Assembly: GCF_009914755.1 (NCBI RefSeq)
Contig: NC_060939.1
Length of the DNA: 64,000 nt
Direction: 5' to 3' (one strand)
DNA from: the human T2T-CHM13v2.0 reference genome, Homo sapiens
Part shown: one piece after another, positions 39,668 through 53,079 of the stretch
How positions within the stretch are numbered: position 1 is the first letter of the stretch
Layout: each line of letters starts with the position of its first letter
Translations under genes and position numbers: made by a program
Notes under the pieces: model-generated
Databases searched by the model: none
What the model was told of the DNA's origin: nothing
What the model saw: the letters and a program-made list of their open reading frames with translations, nothing else

Positions 39668-40140
39668 GTTATCTATTGACACAGTAATGCTGTGTAACAA
39701 CCAACCATAGAACCTTAGTAGAATACAACAAAAAATGTTTATTGCTCACATGTCTGGGGTACTCAGCTAGACAGCTCCTCTGATCTTGGCTGGGATGACT
39801 TTTAAATGTGGGTGATAGCTGGCTGTCAGCTGATCTAGAGGAGGCTGGACTCTGCTCCACGTCTCTCATCCTCCAGTAGGCTAGGCTGCTCACCCTCTCA
39901 TGGGTGATGTTGGAGGTACAAGAGCACAGGCAGAAATTCACAGAGCCTTTTCATGCCTCTGCTGGTGTCTAACCTGGCTCTTCTACCATCTAACATCTCG
40001 TTGGCAAAAACAAGTCACATGGCTGAATGCTGAATCAAGCGTTCAGCATTTTTGATGGAAGGAGCTATGAAGTTATATGCCAAAGGGCATAGGCTCAAGG
40101 AGAGGTAAAGAATAGAACCATTAATACATTTTGTCTACCA
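39668..40140. mobile_element. MLT1-type LTR
   Basis: TAATGCTGTGTAACAACC...TTTATTGCTCAC...TCTCATCCTCCAGTAGGCTAG...CAAGTCACATGGC. Confidence 0.8.
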
Positions 40141-40797
40141 TACCGTTCTTTGTATCTAAGGAAAGGGTGTAGGCTAAATATAGCCTATACACTGTGGGAC
40201 CTTCACCTCACCAGAGGGGGCCTTGTCTCTCTGCTGAGGTGACCACCACATGGCCAGAGATGGTGCCGGGCCGCTGGGACCACTGATGGAAGGGGAACGT
40301 GAGGCAGAAACGTTGGAAAGCCAGAAATAGTTTGTTCGCACTTCTTAGAGCCATATCCTGTTAATTTCTCTTATTGATCAGAAAGTTCTCTTTGTTTAGT
40401 TCAGTGATCCATAGTTTCCTTGAGTAGTCCAGAAGAAAAGAGAACAAATTCAACCCAGCATCTGCTTTTTGGGAACCATCTGGGGGAGCTGGGATTCCCC
40501 CCATAAACACCCACACTTTTATATCAATTGTTGAGAAACACTGAAACCTCACATTCTGTTTCGTTTAAAGATCTTGAGTCATTTTGTAAATGTCAAGCAA
40601 TGATGAGTACTATTATCTGTGCTTGACAGGTAGCAAAAAGCAAAGGTTTAAATAAAGCCTACAAATGAGAATTGGGCATTAGAAATTACTTGGTGAATTC
40701 AGGTGGTCTAGGCAGCCAGGCTGTGGCATTCAAATAAAAATCTCACTTTCTCCTTAGTTATCGGATAATCCAAGCAAAAGAGAAGTAGGTATATTAA

Positions 40798-41130
<333 letters not shown>

Positions 41131-41649
41131 TGCAGCTGTGTATTATTGGTTAGATTTCAATGGTTGTTGGAAAAGTTTAGAATTTAGAGCTCCCACACAA
41201 GTATAGGGACTTGTCACTCTGGAGCTCCTCCGATCTTCTCCATATGTCTGTCACCTATGTCAGATCATAGTGAGAAGGAACAGCCCTTAGGAATATTCTA
41301 TTTTACCTCCTCATGTTCTGATTGGAGAAACTGAGGTTCAGGAGGAGCCCTGCAGAAGTTGGCATTCAAACCAGCACCAGAGCCCAAGAGCAGTTTACAG
41401 CAGAGAGGACTGCCATCTCAGTATTAAAACTGGGCCCTCATTACCCTGGGCACTGACCCTCAATGTTCCCTCCAATATTTAAATTTTACTCCTTGCCATT
41501 ATACAATTGTTCCTTTCTAACTCTCATTGTTTGGACAGAGGCACAAGACTGAGCCCCTCAGATTCTACAGGATGAGATAGGGTCAAGGACATACTGGATG
41601 GACCGAAGATGGTGCCCCAGGAAGCTAAGGGGAAGTTTTCTAGTCCAGC

Positions 41650-41848
41650 ATCTCTGGACAGGGTTGCTGTGGGTATGTGGGCAGGACAGTTTTTAGTCGT
41701 TATTGACATATTGCAGGATGTGTAGCGTCCCCAGCCCTACTTAAATGTCAATAATGACCAACCGTGGTCATGGTGGCAACCAAAAATGCCTCCACAAATT
41801 GCCAAATATCCCCTGGTAGATTGGGAGGCGGTACTGCCCTGGCTGAGA
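41650..41848. mobile_element. MER20-family DNA transposon
   Basis: TTGCAGGATGTGTAGCGTCCC...CAACCAAAAATGCCTCCACAAATTGCCAAATATCCCCTGG. Confidence 0.7.
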
Positions 41849-42594
41849 TGCCCGGGAATGCCACTGGAGTGGTTAGTTATTGGCAGTGCCCAAGGTGAGC
41901 CTGACAGTAAGATAGGAAGAGACCCACAAGCCCTCAGACATTGGATCAAGTGACTGCCATCCCCTATTCCCAACCTTAAGAAGAGACATATGGTAGCACC
42001 AGTTCAAATAGGAAGGGAGTGGCTACCAGGGACAGCTGGAGCCTCCTGTCCTCACCACCCCAAGGCCCACTAGGTCTCTACAAGTCTCCATGCAGGCTCC
42101 TCAATCACCACAGTACATCCAGTTGTGAACAGAAACCTGTTTTCTCTATTGTGGAATAGAGAATAGAAACATTTCAAAACACCTTTACAAAGAAACTCAG
42201 GAGACAACTTAAAAGAATATCTTACTCCCATACAGAGTCCAGTGACCCAGAGTCCTGAAAGTCTAAGCCATAGTTTTGCGGGCTGGCAGTTATCCATCTG
42301 GGTCTTTACCTCCCCTTCATGAAGGACTCTGCCCCACTAAAGCTCATATTTCCAGGTCTGAGCACTTCCTCTTCCCATTCTCCCACTTTTCCCCAACCAT
42401 TGAAAGAGATGGGACTGTTAGGGCCTCAGTCCAGTCCTCGGGTCCGCGGGTGGCCAGCAGGGAAGAGGGGCAACCTTAAGCTTCCTCAGCCCTCCACTGG
42501 CATAGCAGCATTCTCCCTCCTTTCCTTGAGGAATGGAAGAATTTTTTGGCCCTTGAAGATAACTCTTTCCCATTGTTCCTCCTCTCCAACCCAG

Positions 42595-42783
42595 GCCTGC
42601 CATAGAAGGAGGAATTTCTGAAGTTGAGATCATCTCCCAACAAGTAGACGAAGAAACCAAGAGCATTGCTCCTGTGCAGCTGGTGAACTTTGCCTATCGG
42701 GACTTGCCCCTGGCTGCTGTCGATCTCTCCACGGCGGGCTCGCAGCTCCTGTCAAATCTGGACGAAGATTACCAAAGAGAAGG
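42595..42783 (+). CDS. TMEM266: TMEM266 coding exon (189 nt, phase 2-2): PAIEGGISEVEIISQQVDEETKSIAPVQLVNFAYRDLPLAAVDLSTAGSQLLSNLDEDYQRE(G)
   Basis: Acceptor CCTCTCCAACCCAG|G and donor GG|GTAGGT. The frame is open and continuous with both neighbours. The ORF track misses it because it has no ATG. Confidence 0.95.
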
Positions 42784-42826
42784 GTAGGTGCTGGGACCAT
42801 TGAGCTAGCTAAGAAGTCCCTGGGTT

Positions 42827-43137
<311 letters not shown>

Positions 43138-44356
43138 TTCCCTGGGTTTCTATGGATATCTTCCAAGAAGCAGCAGCCAAGATGAGAGATGCTAACTAGT
43201 GAGACAGCAGAGGTTCACAGCAGACCACTCAGGCCCTTTTCCTACTCACGCATTACTTCCTCAGAAAAAGGCACTGGGCACAGACAATACCTGCCAGACG
43301 ACCTCTTAGGAGAATCATAAAATTTATTTTAGGACCGAGGCACTCCTTAATGACCCATCCAATCCCCTCTATGTACACTTGGGAAGAAGGGGACCCACAG
43401 TGATTAGGGACTTGCCCAAGGTCACAGAGCCCATAAGGGATGGACTTGAGCTGCACTTTCCCTTTATAAAGCAGACTGTCACTAGGAAGCAACCAGGAAG
43501 AATGTACCCTACATGCAGGAACATGCTTAGGATGTAAGGGAATCTAGAGAATTCGGCTAGGAGCTCTGCAGACATTAGGGCTCTCCCTTTCCAGGGAAGG
43601 CATGCGGAATATGTGGGTCCACAATTCAAAAAGGTGGTCCTTACCTCCTCCTACTTAGCTTGTCAATCAGCTTGGATGCCTTCGTTTCCCAATTCACTTC
43701 TCATTAGCGTGGTCTGTCTTACAAACATACTTCCTGAAGGTGAGTGGTAGAGGGCAAGAGCTAGGTGGGGCAGGGGAGAACACACCAGTTTGATGTCCTT
43801 GATTTCATGGGGCTTGGTGGTGTAGCTGAAGGCCAAAGAGGGGTAGGAACAGGTCCTAGGGTCACACAGCAGATCAGACTTCCGACTCTGACAAGGGCTT
43901 TCCCTAGCTTCACCCTGGCAGGACCTTAGGAGCCAGTTCTGGACTTTTCTTTCCTGGGTGCCAGTAAACACTTTGGAACATGCTGGCTGCTTTGAATATA
44001 AAAATGAAGGGTTGTCAGGTATTTTAGAAGCAAACGAGAAGCCTTAGCTCAAGCTAAATTTGCAGAGCTTGGATTCCCTGGGCTTGTTTCTGGAAGGAGC
44101 TTCCCACTTCCTGAGATAAACCGCCTAACAATGGTGAAACCACACACCTTTTTTTGCAGAAACTACACCCCAGTGGCTTTCTCTGAAAATATAATTTTTC
44201 CAAGTATTATGCATATTGTCATCAGGACACTGGACAAAAAAGGATAGGCAAGCAGGTCGGAGGCAGCTAAGGGACACCTGCAGTGGCAGCACTGTCCTGA
44301 GCTCTGTCAGGTCCTTACCATCTTGAAGGCCGGGCTGAAACCTGAGGCCCCTGGGC

Positions 44357-44512
44357 CAGGGCCAGCTTCGTGCACATGTGACCTGTGCGGTAGCGCAGAG
44401 CCCCGTACTTAGAAGGGTCCCAACACTTGGCTAAATGCTCTGCCGCTGCTGTCTTGAAATTCTTAAGGAGCCCCACATTTTCACTGGGCTCTGCAAATGA
44501 TGTAGCTGGTGG
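44357..44512. mobile_element. MER91A-like DNA transposon
   Basis: CAGGGCCAGCTTC...GACCTGTGC...AATGCTCTGC..GTCTTGAAATTCTTAA...CACTGGGC. Confidence 0.8.
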
Positions 44513-45639
44513 GTCCTTCTCTGAGCACCCAGCAAGTCACTGCGTCACTGCTCTCTGGTGGTCAAAAGCAGTAGTGCAGCCTTCTAACATGCCCTAGCTA
44601 TTTCGGAGAATTCATTTCCTGCCCCCGGCCTGAGCCTGTTAGGCCCTTTTCACGTGAAGAGTAGCATGGTATGGAGAAAAGTGGGGAAACCTTCAGGGAT
44701 TCTGCTTCGGAGCAAAGCAGTGTCCACATGTGCCCCCTGTGCGTGTTACGGCACCGCGGGTGGACCTTGCTATGGGTGTTCCCCCACCAGGTGTACCACC
44801 CTGTGATGTACCCCTTTCAGGGGTCCTGTGCTGTGGTGTACCCCTTTCCAGGTATCCCCTGTGTATCACTCCCTAGCCTGAACCCCAAGGCTGGCAGAGG
44901 CTTTGCCTTATCATTCAATTTGCCTCTAAATTGGGCCTTTGCAAGGTTCCTTCCCAAACAAACGAATCCAAATGAAGCGCCTGCAAGGCAGAGAGGCCTT
45001 TGATTTGATTTGAATCTCCAGGTGTGCCCAGGAAAGCTGTTCCCGTTGGGTAAATAGGAAGCAGCCCGAGGAAGGGATCTGCCTCGCTGCTGGAGCTCTC
45101 AGCTGGGGGCGCCGATTGGCAGCCAGAGGGCTTCCTGGAGGAAGGAAGCGCAGGCACAGGACCGGAGCCAGGGGAAACTGAAGCAAAGCAAAAACACACT
45201 GCGAGGGAGGAACGGCCTCTCTCCGCGAGGCTTCTTGGCTCTTGCTGCATTTCCTGGGGTTTTCCCAAAATGTCCAACCCGGCCCTTTCTGGGGCAATGG
45301 AAAACAAAAGGAAGAGTCCTCATTTACAGCTCTGAGCTTGGTTTCAGTCTTGTTCAAGATGCCTCTTCCTACGAAGGCCAGTGTTATGTATAGGAATGAA
45401 CCTTTTCTGTAGGGAATGAAGAGACCTCAGGGACCCTGGCAGAAAGTGCTCCGTGGCCCCGCTGCCCGCCTCCCAGTGCTCTTGAGCTCCGTGATATTTC
45501 AGGGCTTTTCAATTTCCCTGAATCTGAGACCGTTAGAGCTGGAAGAGACCTAAACACATCCATCCTAAACCTTCTCAAAGGCAGCAGGGCCCAGGGAGTA
45601 CAAGGAACTTGTGGAAGGTCACACAGTGACAGAGACGGG

Positions 45640-46426
<787 letters not shown>

Positions 46427-46449
46427 TCAGTGTACTTTTTTAAAAAAGC

Positions 46450-47535
<1,086 letters not shown>

Positions 47536-47899
47536 TGTGCTTTAAGTCCAGGAAAGTCCTGCGGGGTGAGGAAGAAGGAGCAGTCGCCTTGATGTGAAGT
47601 CAGAGCCCCATCTTGGCCAAGCTCCTTGACTTGCCTAGAAGCCCTTTGTCCTCCAGATAGCTGCTTAGCAGAGCCCAAACGGCAGAGCTGTCTGCTGCTC
47701 CTCTCTTCACCTCTGCACTCAGGCTGCCGATGGCTCAGGGAGGAAAATCATATGGCTGTGCAGACTGGGTGCCTCCCCAGACTCAAGGTCTCCAGCCTCG
47801 ACTTGATTCTCAGTTTTGCCTGGCAGTCCTCTGCAGTCCTGGTTAGTCCCAAGGTGGCCAGTTCTGATCGCTTGTGTCTGCCTCAAGTCTCCTCTTTCT

Positions 47900-49065
47900 T
47901 GCCCTCAGCAGATGACCTCCTCTCCCAGTACCCTCAGAAAGTAGGCACAGTCGTGGATGGGCTGCACCGCACCCCGGTCTCTTCCTTCCTCCCTTTTAGG
48001 ACCTGCCCCATTCCTTGAGCTCTGATTGCCTTCCCCTCCCGCCTTCTCAGGCACCTGCTTCATCAGTTACCTCCTCACCCCATGTCATCACACTCCAGTC
48101 TCGTGTCCTCCCCTGACTCCACGTCCCTGCTAGCCACCATTACCTCTCTTTTTCTTTGAAGTCAAACTTCTTGAAAGCCTCGTGACGTTTGCTACCTCCC
48201 CTTCACCCCTCCCATTCATGTCTCAATCTGCTGCAGTCCAGCTTCAGCCTCGTCCACACCATGGAAACTGTTCTCAAGCGCATCAGCCACTTCCTTGTTG
48301 CTACAATCCTTATTGTCCTTTGTCCAGCATTTGAAACTGTCAGCTACTCCCTCCCTCTCCAGCCTCCTTGTGTCTGCTGTTATAACCATGACCTCCTGAT
48401 TTTCTTTTTTATTTAATTTTTAAAATAGAGACAAGGTCTCGCCATGTTACCCAAGCTGGTCTTGAACTCTTGGGCTCAAGCCATTCTCCCGCCTCGGCCT
48501 CCCGGAGTGCTGGGGTTACAGGCATGAGCCACCGTGCCCAGCCCTTCTCCTGATTTTCCTCCTCCATCTCTGGCTGTTCCTTCCAGGCCTTTTAAAAATT
48601 GTTTGAGGTTCCTCTGCTTGTTCTTTAAATGTTGGGTTCTTTGTTTTCTGCCTTTGGCCATTTTCACTCTACTAATTTTACACACTGGGTAATTTCATCC
48701 ATTCCTATTACTTAAATTAATCTCCTTCAACTGGTAACATTCAAAGTCGTGTCTCTAGCCTAGGTCTCTCTCTCTCTCTAACACTCCCGACTTAGATCCA
48801 GCTACTTTCCTGGACATACTCACAGGGATCCCAAACGTATCTCAGAATCCTGATGAGTGTCTGTGGAATGATCTATTCTTCTGCCTCTGAGTTGGCTGCA
48901 TACTTGAGAGGAGAAATGTTCTTGTCTGACCTGAATCATTGCTAAAAACTGCCTTTTCAGTGACAGCACTCAGATCCAGCCTGAGGAACCATGGCCTGCC
49001 TGTCCTGGCCATCTCAAACCCAGCAAGCCCCAGATTGAACTGTCTTTTCTCAATACGTATTTTCT
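47900..49065 (+). mobile_element. L2 fragments with a FLAM monomer (48400-48543, -)
   Basis: CAAACTTCTTGAAAG, CAGCATTTGAAAC and CTCCTCCATCTCTGGCTGTTCCTTC. Confidence 0.65.
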
Positions 49066-49067
49066 AG

Positions 49068-49190
49068 GACCCCTAACCAGTAGAACCTAGACCTCACCCA
49101 CCCATTACCAAAATGCCATGTGCATTTTGGCTCATTTTAACAAGCACCTACGTCTCTTTCCTGCTGCAACAAGTACCAGTGGGTTCCAAG
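49068..49190 (+). repeat. Copy 1 of a ~120-bp diverged direct duplication (copy 2 at 50107-50266)
   Basis: Shared blocks GACCCCTAA, GAACCT(A/G)GACCTCACC, ACCCATTAC, CCAAAATG, ACAAGCACC, TTCCTGCTGC and ACCAGTG in the same order. Confidence 0.88.
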
Positions 49191-50106
49191 ATGCCCCAAA
49201 GCTACACGAAGCCTGCTGTGGTTACCTCTAGTCACCTATAGTCAGCCGTAGTCACCCTGGAGTCTGTGTTCCTCCTCCCTTGCTCTGGTTCCCTCCTGAC
49301 CATGTCCAGTGCCCATGAAGCTACTGCTGCCGATGGTGTCCCTTCTGGGAGTGCCAGTACCAAGTCAAGGGGCTTCAGAAACCCAAAGCCCATGCCGTGT
49401 GGGCTCCATGCAGAGTGAGGAAGGAAAGCTACCCCCATGCCAAGCCTGTACCATGCTGTCAGTGCGCGGCTTATGGCCCCAGCTCCAGTCCTATGTGCTT
49501 CTGGCCTTCACCACTCTACACCCAGGTCACCAGTTCAACCCAAGAAGCTGGGCTGGCACATCATGCCTGCTCCATCATCTGCCTCTCCCTCCCTGCCTCT
49601 ACCCCATCCCCAACCAGGTGCCTCCCTCCCTCAATAGTCATCACACAAAAACCTTCATGCGTGTCCACAGACGTGAACAGACACTCAGGAGAAGGGGAGA
49701 AGGGGAACAGGGGAGGTATCTGCACCCCAGCTGAGCCGCCCACAATGCCCTGTTACATGGATAACCTCAGGGGCCAGCTCAATGTCTTCTCCTTCATGCC
49801 TCATACTCCATTATCTCCAAGCCTTGTAAATCTCTACTGCCTTAATATCTCTTCTCTGCACCATTCTCATGAAGGATTGTTAATTCCATCAGCCAGTTGC
49901 TTTGGACTGCATGTAACAGAAAACCCATCTCACACTCACTGATGCAGGTACCATGGAGTCCAGGGCAAGGGTGGCTTTGAGATTGGTCCAGAGACTCACC
50001 AGTGCCAACAAGAACCAGATTCCTTTCATCTCTGCACTCTGCTGGCCGCAGTGTCGGCTTCATCCTGATGTTGTAAACTTCATCCCATGGCTTCTGAGAG
50101 CCATGT

Positions 50107-50266
50107 GACCCCTAATGTGTGGAACCTGGACCTCACCAACCCATTACTACCAAAATGAGCCACATGTACACTTCGGCTTATTTACAAGCACCCCAGGCCT
50201 CCTTCCTGCTGCGACAGGAACCAGTGATTTCCACTGGAAATGGTGATTTCCACTGGTTCCTTCCAA
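50107..50266 (+). repeat. Copy 2 of the duplication, within MLT1-like LTR pieces (about 49885-50460)
   Basis: See copy 1. Flanks show GTAACAGAAAACCCA and GAATTGGGTCACATGGC. Confidence 0.85.
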
Positions 50267-52637
50267 GAGGGCTGCCTGTGGTCATCAGGCCACATCCTTC
50301 CTCTTTCATGTCTGGCAGGTGAGAGTGGCTGCCCATCACTGTCTTCTAAGAGCAACAAAGAACTTTCCCAGAAGCCTCCAGCAGCTCTCTCCTTCATGTA
50401 TGTTTGGCTAGAATTGGGTCACATGGCAAGGCACAGAAAATCCATAAGCCAATCAGGCCTTCCCCTTGAACTGTATCATTTCCCAGAGTACATTACTGTT
50501 ACTCCAGTGGGATGGGATAGTGTGAACATTAGAGAGAGGATCATCCACAGCTTTTAAGGAAGCCAGTTCTCCTTTCATAGCCTTCAGTCTCGAATTAGCC
50601 CTTAATTTCATCCAGCGTCTCTAGACATTGTTTGGTTTGGGAAAGCTCTGCCTTCTTAGGCTGTTTCTTCAATGACTTGGTCAGTTGATGCTTTCATTCC
50701 AATGCAGTTGGACCAGTGTCCATTGTCCTGGTGGACAGTGCTGGGGCTTTGTGTTTGCACATAACCAGAGCCCCTGATTTCTTGTTCTCATTCTGTGATG
50801 TTCTTATCAGATGTCATCCCACTCAATGGTGGAAAAGTGAAGTACAGAAAAATGAGGCTGTCAGTGAGGCTGTCAGTGAGCCAATCATCTATCTTTGGAA
50901 GAGTGACATTGAGTTTGCAAGAATCATGGTGCAGAATGGAAGTTCTGTTTTCTCTTAACCAAGCACAGTACATTGAAGGTCTGGTTAGTTTTCAGGGTCT
51001 GGGTGAGACCACAGGCAACAAAAGAGAAAATTCAGAGAGACCAGAGTCTGCACCCTAGAGAGGCCCACAGACCCGTAGGAGAAATGGTGGTGCAAGGTGG
51101 GGGTCGTCACCCCCACTTTATAAATGACACTCTGTGCACACATAGAGATAAAGATGCTCCCCATCTTTTTAGTGAAAAGAGGGTGCAAAGATGGTCATGG
51201 GTGAGGAAGTGGGATAGTCTTTGTCAAAAATAAAAATAAAGTAAGAAATGAAAGATATTCAGTGTTTAGTAAGACAGTTATTTTATATCTTAGGGTTCTA
51301 AAAGGCCCAGCCTGAGAGGTCAGCGCTGGACTCCTAGGCAGGGGAAGCTTGGAGGAAGTTCGGGTCTTGGGCAGATATAAATGGATGTTATTACTTAGAG
51401 ATGATGCCAACAGCACATTTCTGCCAAACTTTACATTCAGAGGAAAAAAACATAATGGGGGCACAGGGATATTTTTCGGGATTTCAGGTTAGAAAAATAA
51501 GACAGACCCAATATAGCAAACATCTCTAAATAAGGACTGAAATAATTTTAGATATGCCAGTGAGCAAAGACTGGGGACAAAGAAAAAGGAGGGGTAGGGA
51601 CCTACTAAGCCATAGCCCAAAATACCCTTCTCTCTTCCTGTACTGTCTGGCTTGAGGGCCACAGCCTCCAGAAAGTCTTCTCTCCTCTAACCCCACCAGG
51701 CTAGGTCCTCAGCTCAGTGTATGCATAGCACCTTTCCTACCTCCATCACCACACCCAGGGGTGACAATGAGCTCTGCTCCTCTCTTTACAAGTCGGTCTC
51801 CAGTACCGGGCCAGGGGCTTCCTCACGGCAGGGATCAGATCACTTGAGCCTGGAACAGGGGTGTTGACTGATCAAGGAATGACTTGAATGAATGAATCAG
51901 TGAGTGAATGGGTGGGGCTGCATGCAAATAAGGATTAGAAGAGAAGGGGAAGCCCAGTTCTGTTTGGAGTGTTTGGAGGGAGTTGGGAGCTGGTCCCTAG
52001 ATCTCTGTGGAGTCGAGGAAGAGCTGCACGGGAGGCCCCAGGCTTCTTATGCCTCAGAAGTTACTACTGTGGTTGTTGGCTGGCTCACCTCTGAGCATCC
52101 CTGCTAATTCCATGCTTTCTCCACAAAGTCACCCTAGAAGAAGGAAATCAGATTTGCCTCAGAACATGCCAACTTCACTTAGTAAGGTTTTAACGTCCTG
52201 GTAGAGGAAGGAAAAGCCTTTTGGGGTTCAGGGTTATGAGGCAGATTGATCCCTGCCATGGCCATGCAACTGCAGAGTCTGGAAATTCGGCATCATATGA
52301 TTTAGGATGGCTTTGCATCCTTTTTTTCTCAGGGAGGAAAAGAAAGGAGCTTCGATAATCCACTTTCTTGATGCCAGTGAGATTTGTCTATAATAAAACA
52401 CCACTCCTTTCTCTAGCAAGTCAGCTGTCCCTGGACCCCAAACTGACCCTGTGACCCCTCACTCCCTTGATATTTTTAGTAGGCTCCGGTTTCAAGGAGA
52501 ATTCTTGATGCCCCAACAACGGAATAAAAGTTTAATTTAGACGAAAACATTTTTCCTGATGAGCACTGGTTAGCTGCCTTTCCTGTAGTCCTGGGGTCCA
52601 GGAACCCCAGAGAAGTTTCCTAAAGAAATCAATTAAG

Positions 52638-52868
52638 TCTGGTTGCAGTGGCTCACGCCTGTAATCCCAACACTTTGGGAGGCCAAGGCCTGCGGAACGC
52701 TTGAGGCCAGGAGTTGGAGACTAGCCTGGAGTGTGAGAACCCCTCTCTACAAAAATTTAAAAATTAGCCAGGCGTGGTGGTGCGCGCCAGTAGTCCCAGC
52801 TTCTCAGGATTGCACCAGTGCACTCCAGCCTGGGCAACAGAGTGAGACCCTGTATAAAAATAAATAAA
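52638..52868 (+). mobile_element. AluJ with internal deletions
   Basis: Alu arms with part of the right arm missing. Confidence 0.85.
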
Positions 52869-52925
52869 TTTAAAAAAGGAAAAAAGGCAATACATTCACA
52901 GATGTATTATTTCTCAGCAAAATAT

Positions 52926-53079
52926 CCGTCCGTCCCCACCTGCTCACAAGGCGCAGGGTGTACAGCGGCGGGTGACCGCTAGATGGCGGCGGAGCGCCTC
53001 CGACCACCTGGGTCGGGGGTGTGTCGGGGATGTTTCCTGGAGAGAGGGGAGGAAAGTTTAAATGCGTGGCCACGTCCGG
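52926..53079 (+). promoter_or_regulatory. Small CpG cluster with a strong CTCF-like motif (52973-52990)
   Basis: About 15 CpGs in ~155 bp of non-repeat DNA; TGACCGCTAGATGGCGGC. Confidence 0.7.
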
